Assembly: GCA_003598015.1 (NCBI GenBank)
Contig: QZKE01000021.1
Coordinates: forward strand, 10,701-74,700
DNA length: 64,000 bases
Direction of reading: 5' to 3'
From: Actinomycetota bacterium
GTDB lineage: Bacteria > Actinomycetota > Geothermincolia > Geothermincolales > RBG-13-55-18
In this document: in pieces, positions 18,882-27,089 of the stretch
How the letters are laid out: every line of letters starts with the position of its first letter
Position numbering within the stretch: the first letter of the stretch is position 1
Made by a program: the position numbers and the translations under genes
Notes under the pieces: generated by a model
Told to the model about the DNA's origin: nothing
The model's database searches: none
What the model saw: the letters and a program-made list of their open reading frames with translations, nothing else

Positions 18882-20438
18882 ATGTATACGTTAGGGGATG
18901 TACCAAGGAAGGGGAATACACTCTATCCGCACAAGGAGGCGATGGTATTTGAGGACACAAGGATCACTTACGCCCAGATGGAGGAGAGGGTAAACCGGCT
19001 CGCCAACGCCATCCTGGACCTCGGATACAAGAAGGGCGACCGCCTGACCATACTCGCGGAGAACACCTTTAAATACATGGAGGTCTATTTCGCCGCCGGC
19101 AAGGCCGGCATGAGCGTCACCCCCCTCAACTTCCGCCTCTCCGACGGGGAGCTCACCCATATCGTAAACGACAGCGAAGCCGTCCTCCATCTGGCGGGGG
19201 AGGGATACGAGGAACGGTCGCTGGGCCTGAAGAAGGAGTTCAAGAAGATCAAGGGATGGATCTCGCTGGACAAGGAGAGCGACGGCTATCTCTTCTACGA
19301 GGACCTCATGGTCGGTGCCTCGCCCAATGATCCCTGGATAGACGTGGACGAGGACGAGATGGCCATACTCATGTACACAGGGGGCACCACCGGGCTCCCC
19401 AAGGGGGTCATGCTCTCCCACCGCAACCTGATGACCGCGGCATACGGCTGCATCCTGGTTTCGGGTTTCAATGCCGACGATGCCACCTGCTTCGTCCTTC
19501 CCCTCTTCCATATCTCCCTGTGGCCGGCTCTGTGCGTGCTCATGATGGGGGGGAAGGTGGTCATCATGCCGCGGCCAGACCTGGTGGAGATATTGCGGTT
19601 GATCCAGGACGAGCAGTGCACGCACATCAACCTCGTCCCCACCATCTACGGCTGGCTACTGAACCTACCCCAGGTAGACGAATACGACCTCTCGAGCCTG
19701 AGGATCATGACCTATGCCGGGAGCCCCTTCCCGCCCGATGTGCTCAAGCGGTGCATAAACAAGTTCGGCAATATCTTCGCCCAGGGTTATGGACTGACCG
19801 AGGCGGCTCCGGTAGTGTCTTTTCTCATGCCCGAGGACCACGTGCTGGAAGGGCCGGATGAGCTCACCAGGCGGCTTAGCAGCGCCGGTAAGGAAGCCCA
19901 CGTCGTAGAGGCAAGAGTGGTGGACGAGAACGACGAGCCGGTGCAGGTGGGCGAGATCGGCGAGATCGCAGCCCGCGGCAGGAACATCATGATGGGCTAC
20001 TGGAAGAACCCGGAGCTCACCGCGCAGGTGCTCAGGGGCGGCTGGCTGCACACCGGCGATATGGGCACGGTCGATGAGGACGGATACATCTATCTCATGG
20101 ACCGCAAGGCGGACATGATAATCACCGGGGGAGAGAACGTCTATCCCAAGGAAGTCGAAGATGTGCTCTACGAGCATCCCGCCGTACAGGAATGCGCGGT
20201 CGTGTCCGCGCCGGACGAGAGGTGGGGGGAGAAAGTCCAGGCGGTAGTCGCCTTGAAGGAAGGGGCCTCCGCTACTGAAGAAGAGCTGATCGCGCACTGC
20301 AAGAAGAGTCTCGCCGGCTATAAATGCCCCAAGGCCGTGCAGATATGGGATTCCCTGCCCAAGACCCCGATCGGGAAGATCGTGAGAAAGGATATAAAGA
20401 AGAGTTTCTGGGGCGACCAGGAAAAGAGAATCGGATAA
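18882..20438 (+). CDS. AMP-dependent acyl-CoA synthetase/ligase
   Basis: 518 aa. YTGGTTGLPKGV, GYGLTE, GWLHTGDMG and PKTPIGKIVRK motifs. Confidence 0.9.
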   Translation: MYTLGDVPRKGNTLYPHKEAMVFEDTRITYAQMEERVNRLANAILDLGYKKGDRLTILAENTFKYMEVYFAAGKAGMSVTPLNFRLSDGELTHIVNDSEAVLHLAGEGYEERSLGLKKEFKKIKGWISLDKESDGYLFYEDLMVGASPNDPWIDVDEDEMAILMYTGGTTGLPKGVMLSHRNLMTAAYGCILVSGFNADDATCFVLPLFHISLWPALCVLMMGGKVVIMPRPDLVEILRLIQDEQCTHINLVPTIYGWLLNLPQVDEYDLSSLRIMTYAGSPFPPDVLKRCINKFGNIFAQGYGLTEAAPVVSFLMPEDHVLEGPDELTRRLSSAGKEAHVVEARVVDENDEPVQVGEIGEIAARGRNIMMGYWKNPELTAQVLRGGWLHTGDMGTVDEDGYIYLMDRKADMIITGGENVYPKEVEDVLYEHPAVQECAVVSAPDERWGEKVQAVVALKEGASATEEELIAHCKKSLAGYKCPKAVQIWDSLPKTPIGKIVRKDIKKSFWGDQEKRIG

Positions 20439-20455
20439 GGATTCAGGAGGTTATC

Positions 20456-21820
20456 ATGGCCAAGAAAGACAATCCCTTCAAGAACCTGCTCAAGCCGATC
20501 AAAATCGGGCCGGTCGAGCTCAAGCACCGCATGGTGCTCGCACCGATGAACGACACCCTCTCCGGCCATAACGGCGAAGCGACAGAGCAATTGATCTCCT
20601 ACTACGCCGCTCGGGCCAGGGGCGGGGCATCCCTGGTCATAACCGGCGCGATAATGGGGACAAAGCTGGCTTCGCAATTCGTATGGGGGCGCAACCTGTA
20701 CTGTTTCCATCCCGGCCACATCCAGGGGCTGAAACTGTTGACCGATCGCATCCATTACTTCAGCTCACAGGCCTGTGCCCAGATCACCATCGGGTTCGGG
20801 CGCCAGGGGCATTCCGCCGACCACCACGAGCTCGCTCCCGCTGCCACGGCGGGCCTTCCCTATGAGATCGCCCTCGAAAAAGGCCCCAAAGCCATCGAGA
20901 TCGCGTGGAAGAACATCGAGCATCCTCGCTCCTTCCTGGTGGGCCAGATGACCCGGGAGATGACCATCGATGAGATACACAGCGAACAGAAGGAATTCGC
21001 CCGCAGCTGCCAGCTGCTGGTTATCGCCGGGTTCGACGCCATCGAGATCCACGCGCCCCATGGCTACCTGGAGCACCAGTTCCTATCCCCCTTTTCGAAC
21101 AAGCGTACGGATATGTACGGAGGGGAATGGAGAAACCGCAAGCGTTTCTTAAACGAGGTCACCGAACAGGTACGCTATGCCGTAGGCACCGGTGTCGCCC
21201 TTGGAGTACGCATCAGCGCCGAGGAGCATATGGAAGGGGGCCTTACCCGCGAGGAGATGATCGACGTCGGCAAGGACCTCGAGGAACGCGGCATCGACTA
21301 TCTGAGCCTCTCCGACGGCGGCGGATACGAGGAGGGCGGTCACCTGGTCCCGGACAAGGACCGAGCCAAGCACATCCCGGAACACGGAAGGGACTTCAAG
21401 AAAGCCATCAAGATCCCGGTCATGGTCGCCTCCCAGCACGACCCAGTCAAGGCGGACGCAGATATCGGCGATGGCATGTTCGATCTCTCGGCCCTGGGAC
21501 GGCAGCTGTTCATCGATCCCGAGTATCCCAACAAGATAGCGGAGAATCGCCCCGACGATATCAAGAGATGCCGCTATTGCCATACCTGTCTTGGCATATC
21601 CCTGGCCGGGGCCGGCATCGCATGTCCGCACAACCCGGAGCTGGGTCGTGAGTACGCCAACCCTGAATATATGATCGGACCGCGCACCGAGCAGGAGCTC
21701 ATCATTTCGCGCGGCATGCTGGCCGGTGACATGCCCTGCCTGGACAGACCGTGGTGGAAGCCGGAATTCCCGATTGTCGAGAAGGCCTGGCGTAAATTCC
21801 GCGGCCCCGGCCGGAGATAG
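20456..21820 (+). CDS. Old-Yellow-Enzyme-family FMN oxidoreductase with a 4-Cys Fe-S motif and no C-terminal FAD/NAD(P)H domain
   Basis: 454 aa from ATG 20456, with RBS AGGAGG. HAPHGYLEHQFLSP OYE motif. CRYCHTC-x11-C resembles the 2,4-dienoyl-CoA/enoate-reductase cluster motif. The protein ends about 200 aa short of full enoate reductases. Confidence 0.8.
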   Translation: MAKKDNPFKNLLKPIKIGPVELKHRMVLAPMNDTLSGHNGEATEQLISYYAARARGGASLVITGAIMGTKLASQFVWGRNLYCFHPGHIQGLKLLTDRIHYFSSQACAQITIGFGRQGHSADHHELAPAATAGLPYEIALEKGPKAIEIAWKNIEHPRSFLVGQMTREMTIDEIHSEQKEFARSCQLLVIAGFDAIEIHAPHGYLEHQFLSPFSNKRTDMYGGEWRNRKRFLNEVTEQVRYAVGTGVALGVRISAEEHMEGGLTREEMIDVGKDLEERGIDYLSLSDGGGYEEGGHLVPDKDRAKHIPEHGRDFKKAIKIPVMVASQHDPVKADADIGDGMFDLSALGRQLFIDPEYPNKIAENRPDDIKRCRYCHTCLGISLAGAGIACPHNPELGREYANPEYMIGPRTEQELIISRGMLAGDMPCLDRPWWKPEFPIVEKAWRKFRGPGRR

Positions 21821-21873
21821 GAAGGCATCAGGCAAGTTCGCGGCCGGCGAAGCCTCAAGTCAAGGAGGAGATC

Positions 21874-22893
21874 ATGAGTGAAGGATTCGAGAAGGACGGT
21901 TTCTTCAAGATCGACCCCGAGCCCCACCTGCTGGGAGAGATGGAGCCCATCAACCATTTCCCCGGGGTGCAGATGTGGTGGCGGGCGATAGAGAACATCA
22001 GGCGGCCTCTGTTACTGGGAATGAAGCCCTATGTTTTCGAAGGACTGGACCCCAAGGAGCTGAATAAGGATGAGGACCCCGAGGCGCTCCTCGAGTATAT
22101 GGACAAGTACGGGGTGGACATCGCCTGCTGCCTGCCCGAGTCGATGATGGACACCACCGGCTATACCAGCCGCTGGATGAGCAACGGGGCCATGGCCAGG
22201 GTGGTGGATTCCCACCCCGACCGCTTCATGTACCAGCCCAACATCTCCCCCATCAAGTTCAAGGGCGTGCAGAACACCATTTGGGAGTTGGAGTACTGGG
22301 TGAAGGAGAGGGGAGCGAAGATCTTCAAGTTCTATCCCCCCGAGGACACCTACATGAACGACCCCGACCTCTGGCCCTTCTACGCCAAGGCGGAGGAGCT
22401 CCAGATAGTCCTGGACATCCACACCGGCTTCTGCTGGGTCCCCCCAGGCAAGAGCAAGTACGCCCTGCCCCTGCAGCTTGACGACGTGGCAAGGGACTTC
22501 CCCGACCTCAAGCTGGTGGCCTTCCACATGGGCTACCCATACTGCGACGACCTCAACATGGTGGCCATGGGGCACCCCAACATCTATCCCTGCCTCTCCC
22601 TGCTCATCCCCTGGGCGATAGGGGCGCCGCGTAAGTTCGCCAAGATCCTCGGCGAGGCCATGCGTTTCGTGGGCCCGGACCGCATCATCTGGGGCTGCGA
22701 CTACGCAGGTTTCGGAGTGCAGATCAAGACGGCGGTAATGGGTCTGCGAACGTTCCAGTTCCCCGAGGACATGCAGGAGGATTACGGTTACCCCGCCCTC
22801 ACCGACGAGGACCGCGCCAAGATCTTCGGCCTCAACCTGGGCGCCTTGCTGGGGGTGGATACCTCGAGGAGAAGGGTGGGAACCAAGGGATAG
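21874..22893 (+). CDS. amidohydrolase-2 (TIM-barrel metal hydrolase/decarboxylase) family protein
   Basis: 339 aa. ...VAFHMGYPYCDD..., IIWGCDYAG, and the C-terminal ...RAKIFGLNLGALLG tail typical of PF04909-like proteins. Confidence 0.65.
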   Translation: MSEGFEKDGFFKIDPEPHLLGEMEPINHFPGVQMWWRAIENIRRPLLLGMKPYVFEGLDPKELNKDEDPEALLEYMDKYGVDIACCLPESMMDTTGYTSRWMSNGAMARVVDSHPDRFMYQPNISPIKFKGVQNTIWELEYWVKERGAKIFKFYPPEDTYMNDPDLWPFYAKAEELQIVLDIHTGFCWVPPGKSKYALPLQLDDVARDFPDLKLVAFHMGYPYCDDLNMVAMGHPNIYPCLSLLIPWAIGAPRKFAKILGEAMRFVGPDRIIWGCDYAGFGVQIKTAVMGLRTFQFPEDMQEDYGYPALTDEDRAKIFGLNLGALLGVDTSRRRVGTKG

Positions 22894-23153
22894 GTTCCGT
22901 CAAGGAAGGCCTTTCGCGTCGACGGGATCGAGGTCGGATGCGGGTTGTGAGAAGCCGCTTTTCTCGTGCAGGGATGGCGGCGCCTATGAGGCTGCGAAAA
23001 AGTCACCGTACGACATTCGCTTTGGACGACATGGCGAGGGCGATTGGCTCAATGTGCGCGCAGGAAACTCAATGCCTATATCCGGAACGGAGTAAGATAG
23101 TCACATCGTTTGGTGGAAACGGGAAATACCGTTGCATAGACAGGGGGTGCACC

Positions 23154-23774
23154 ATGGAGATCTCGGTAAGTGATTGGTTGCAGGCTGCGGACCACGAGGT
23201 CGAATTGCGACGATGGCGTGAGCAGTCCGGCGGAAAGACGAAGCACTTTTCGGTCGAACATCATTTCCCGCACACCTCCCCCGAGATGGTTTTCTGGTAC
23301 CTGACCAACTTCGACCGTGAATCATACCTTATGTGGCACCCCGCGCATATCGGACTGCAGTGGGAAGATAAAGTGGCGGGGCCTGGCGCCATACATATCG
23401 CATGGGAAAAGGTCCTGGGGAAGCTGGCGGCATATCGCATCCGTCTGGATACGCCGGATGTGTCTCCCATCCCCCCAAAGGAAACGAGTATCGCAGTTAT
23501 GTTGAACGTCATCGATACGGAAGGCGAGATCCTTTTCTACATCCTCAACGAGATCGAGCAGGTAGCCGAGGGGATGAAGATAACCTGCACCTTTATATTC
23601 CCCGAGGCGGCCCCTGAGGAGTTTATCGAAGCCCATCGCCAACACAACATCGAGGAACTACAGGGTCTGGTAAACAAGGCGGTTCCTTATCTGATCCAGA
23701 AGACCTTCGGCTATATGATCGAGCCCGGGAAGCTGGCCGCATACGGTCTGATCGTCCCGGCGGATGCTTCGTAG
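23154..23774 (+). CDS. hypothetical protein (local resemblance to the core of the 13082-13960 hydrolase)
   Basis: 206 aa from ATG 23154, with RBS AGGGGG. SPEMVFWYLTNFDRESYLMWHPAHI compares with [27 protein letters not shown]. The ORF-track N-terminal extension from 22938 is not protein-like. Confidence 0.5.
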   Translation: MEISVSDWLQAADHEVELRRWREQSGGKTKHFSVEHHFPHTSPEMVFWYLTNFDRESYLMWHPAHIGLQWEDKVAGPGAIHIAWEKVLGKLAAYRIRLDTPDVSPIPPKETSIAVMLNVIDTEGEILFYILNEIEQVAEGMKITCTFIFPEAAPEEFIEAHRQHNIEELQGLVNKAVPYLIQKTFGYMIEPGKLAAYGLIVPADAS

Positions 23775-23777
23775 ATC

Positions 23778-25007
23778 TTGGCCGCCGCTAAAGCGGAATA
23801 TGGATGGGGGGAACGGGTATTGAAAGCAAGTGAGGTATTCCATACTACACCTCCGGATGGTCTTTACCGGGTAGGGGTCAGGATCGCATGGCTGGAGTTC
23901 GAGGGGCGCAAGTTACGCGTGGTGATCTGGTATCCCGCCCTGGAGGTGGAAGGCGCCGAGCCGTATGTGTTCAAGCACGATGAGATAAAAGCCGCGGTGA
24001 AGGGATCGGCCGTCCTAGACGCTCCACCCGACAGGTCGGGTGCGCCCTATCCCCTGATCGTCTATTCACCAGGCCTGACCGGCCCCGCTGACGTCTCGGT
24101 ATTCTACACCCAGAACCTGGCGAGCCATGGCTACATCACCATTGGCATCGATCACCTGGATGCGGGACAATGGGACCTTATGTTCAGGGATGGCAACTGG
24201 AGAAACCTCCTGCGCTTCTTCCCGAGGATACTCAAGGAGTTCGTGGTGGGGAATCCAAGCGATACGGTGCTCGTTGCTTTCTCGGGGCATTTCCGCGGCA
24301 CTGAGTTCGGCTTGAGCTACCGCCCGCCGGAAGCGCGCCTCGTATTCGACCAGGCTGCAGTATGGAACGAGGATGCTTCGTCCCCGCTGCATGATATGAT
24401 CGCATGCGATACCATAGGTATGACCGGCCATTCCCTGGGGGCGTGGACATCCCTTCTCTTCGGGGGGATGTCGCTCAAGTATGATGCCGCATTATGCTCA
24501 AGCGATTTCAGTATCAACAGGGGATGTATCGCCGATCACGACCCCGGCTGTACACTGTCAGCCAGGTCACTGGAGAACCCCTTTACGCTGCGGGATGAGA
24601 GAGTAAAGGCGATACTCCCCATGGGCTCGCCGATCTTTCACAGGAACGCACCCGAGAACGCGGCGGAGATCAAGGTTCCACTGTTATTTCTGAGCGGCGA
24701 CGACAGGAGATGGGAAGCCACCGTCTACAGGCAGAAAGAGGTCTACGATAGCGCGCCCAGCCCGAAATACATGGTCATCATCAAAGATACCGACCACTTC
24801 GTTATCTGCGATATGTTGCTTGGTTCGCCTTACACGAGACGCGCTCCCCTCCCAAGATTCAGGGCGCATTTCCGGGAGAAGGCGCAGGCTTACAAGGATT
24901 ACTCGGCAGCCTTCTTCGATCTCTATCTCAGGGGTGATGACGGGAAGGCGGCCATCCTGAAGGAGCCGAACCAACCTTTCGTAAAACAAGTGTGGCACGA
25001 AACCTGA
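23778..25007 (+). CDS. alpha/beta hydrolase (PAF-acetylhydrolase / dienelactone-hydrolase-like)
   Basis: 409 aa. GMTGHSLGAW nucleophile elbow and late DTDHF. Starts with TTG 23778; TTG 23820 with an upstream G-rich RBS is an alternative. Confidence 0.7.
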   Translation: MAAAKAEYGWGERVLKASEVFHTTPPDGLYRVGVRIAWLEFEGRKLRVVIWYPALEVEGAEPYVFKHDEIKAAVKGSAVLDAPPDRSGAPYPLIVYSPGLTGPADVSVFYTQNLASHGYITIGIDHLDAGQWDLMFRDGNWRNLLRFFPRILKEFVVGNPSDTVLVAFSGHFRGTEFGLSYRPPEARLVFDQAAVWNEDASSPLHDMIACDTIGMTGHSLGAWTSLLFGGMSLKYDAALCSSDFSINRGCIADHDPGCTLSARSLENPFTLRDERVKAILPMGSPIFHRNAPENAAEIKVPLLFLSGDDRRWEATVYRQKEVYDSAPSPKYMVIIKDTDHFVICDMLLGSPYTRRAPLPRFRAHFREKAQAYKDYSAAFFDLYLRGDDGKAAILKEPNQPFVKQVWHET

Positions 25008-25160
25008 TTGCCCGAGAGGTTTTATCCCCCCGCGCCGGAGGCAGTGACCGCGGCGTCCATCCAGGGGCTCGAGGATTACGATGGGTTTGACGACCGCCAG
25101 CGGCACGCGGTTTATAGGGAAAACGCCCTGGCTCTGTTTCCCCGCTTCGCATCCGCATAG
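25008..25160 (+). pseudogene. possible remnant of an amidohydrolase-2 C-terminus
   Basis: Open for 50 codons directly after the upstream TGA: LPERFYPPAPEAVTAASIQGLEDYDGFDDRQRHAVYRENALALFPRFASA*. The ...R..(I/V)..ENA..LF ending is the usual tail of PF04909-type proteins. There is no start codon and no upstream body. Confidence 0.3.
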
Positions 25161-25456
25161 GCGATTCTTTCAGATACGGCGGAACGTCTGCTTCAGCGGT
25201 GAACGCGTGAATCAACGTCCCGGAGTATCGCAATCCCGATGGATGCCTCAACCCCGCGGCACGGATCGACATGACGCAGGCGATGCCTTCCACGGATCCG
25301 GCTACCGGAAGCGCCAAGTGCGTCTATGGTGGAAGGGTAGACGGTCCGGACTAGTGAGTATGCGCATATATAGATCCCGCACCGGGAGTGTAGAATATCT
25401 GTATCGGGAGGTACGTCTATTTGATCTCAGCTGGAAGTTGAGGGAGGAGCGCGATC

Positions 25457-26953
25457 ATGAGGACCAAGCAAGAATACATCAGGGGTCTATCGAAGATGCG
25501 GCGGAACATCTACTTCGATGGTGAATTGATCGACCGCGACAGCGAACTGCAGATGGACTGCATCAACGTTATCGGGACCACTTTCGACGAGGCGGAGAAG
25601 CCCGAAAACGAAGATCTCATGACCGCGACCTCCCATCTCACCGGCCACAAGATCAACCGCTTCACCCATATCCACCAGAACACCGAGGACCTGCACAGGA
25701 AGCAGGACATGACCAGATTCCTCTGCCAGAAGGTCGGGGGATGCATACAGCGCTGCATGGGCATCGACGGGACCAACGCCATCTACAACGTCTCCTACGA
25801 GGCGGACAAGCAGAACGAAGGCGCCACCACGTACCACGAGAACTTCAAGAAGTGGCTCGTACGTTTCCAGGACGAGGACCTGGTAGGCTGCTGTGCCCAG
25901 ACGGACGTGAAGGGAGACCGCATGCGCCGGCCGGCCGACCAGCCGAACCCCGGCGCCTATGTGCGCATCAAGGAGAGGCTCGAGGACGGCATCGTGGTCG
26001 AAGGGTGCAAGCTCCACATCTCGGAAGCCTCGGTCGCCGACGAGGTCCTCGTGGTGCCGACCCGCGCCCTGCGCCCCGAGGACTCAGACTATGCCGTCGC
26101 CTTCGCGGTTCCCGGCGACTGGGAAGGCATGAAACAGGTGATTACCGTCCACAACCTGCGTCCGAGGGAGGTCTACAAACGGGGGTTCGTCCCCGGAGCG
26201 ACCGATTCCTACCTCATCTTCGAGGACTGCTTCGTCCCCTGGGAGAGGGTCTTCCTGGCGGGCGAGCACCTGCACGGAGGAGCCCTCGCCCTGCTCTTCG
26301 CCCTCTTCCACCGCCACTCCTATTCGGGATGCAAGCCGGCGATCGGGGACATCATGCTGGGGACGGCGGCCCTGGCGGCGGAGATGAACAACATCCACAA
26401 ACAGCCTCACGTGCGGGAGAAACTGGCGGAGATCATCATGCCGGGCGAACTCGGCTACGCCGCGGGATACACGGCGTCGGCCCTCGGAAAACCCGAGGTT
26501 TTCCTGCCGGGGGTCGGATTCGTGCCCTACGGCCCCGGCTCCTACATCCCGCATTCGATATACTGCAACGTCGGCCGCTGCCTCACCGGCGAGGCCGTCT
26601 GGCGTGAATCGGAGATCCTCTGTGACATCGCGGGCGGCGTCGTCGCCACCTTCCCGCACGAGAAGGATTTCACGAATCCGGAGACGGGCGAACTGCTCAG
26701 GAAATACACCGAGCGCAATCCGGATATCCCGGTCGAGGACCAGGCGCAGTTCTGGAGATACCTCGGAGACCTCCTCTGCTCGGCGACGGGTGGGATCGTG
26801 AATATCGGTAACTACCACGGCGGCGGTTCCCCCATCATGGAACAGATCGCGATCACGACCCAGTACGATATCGAGTCCAGAAAAAAGCTGGTGCGGTACC
26901 TGGCCGGGATGAGCGGCGGCGATCGCGAGGTCCTTGCCGAGCGGAACAGATAG
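25457..26953 (+). CDS. 4-hydroxybutyryl-CoA dehydratase / vinylacetyl-CoA isomerase family (AbfD-like, HpaB fold)
   Basis: 498 aa. CIQRC (compare the CxxxC pair of AbfD) and HRHSYSGC (His-x6-Cys) match the [4Fe-4S] ligand pattern I recall for AbfD (C99, C103, H292, C299). Confidence 0.8.
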   Translation: MRTKQEYIRGLSKMRRNIYFDGELIDRDSELQMDCINVIGTTFDEAEKPENEDLMTATSHLTGHKINRFTHIHQNTEDLHRKQDMTRFLCQKVGGCIQRCMGIDGTNAIYNVSYEADKQNEGATTYHENFKKWLVRFQDEDLVGCCAQTDVKGDRMRRPADQPNPGAYVRIKERLEDGIVVEGCKLHISEASVADEVLVVPTRALRPEDSDYAVAFAVPGDWEGMKQVITVHNLRPREVYKRGFVPGATDSYLIFEDCFVPWERVFLAGEHLHGGALALLFALFHRHSYSGCKPAIGDIMLGTAALAAEMNNIHKQPHVREKLAEIIMPGELGYAAGYTASALGKPEVFLPGVGFVPYGPGSYIPHSIYCNVGRCLTGEAVWRESEILCDIAGGVVATFPHEKDFTNPETGELLRKYTERNPDIPVEDQAQFWRYLGDLLCSATGGIVNIGNYHGGGSPIMEQIAITTQYDIESRKKLVRYLAGMSGGDREVLAERNR

Positions 26954-27089
26954 GTCTATATCCATACGGGGTCTCAAGGGAAACCGAGAGCGACCGGAAT
27001 CCGCATGATGGTAGGATTTAGGCGGATCAGGAGCTTAGGCGCCGGGCCCGCCCAATGGCAATAGGCTTGCATAAGAGTGCGATCAGCAC

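Noticed and set aside
22938-23153. Upstream extension of the 23154 gene, and ORF 25081-25524 in the next spacer
   Set aside because: These are R/S/C-rich sequences with no RBS. Internal starts with good RBSs explain the real genes. ORF 25081-25524 runs into the AbfD-like gene out of frame.
25005-25007. TGA followed by an open in-frame segment, considered as a second selenocysteine or read-through site
   Set aside because: The upstream alpha/beta hydrolase is complete at this point. The TGA does not fall in any redox motif, and the downstream 50 codons resemble the tail of an unrelated family. A gene remnant is the simpler reading.
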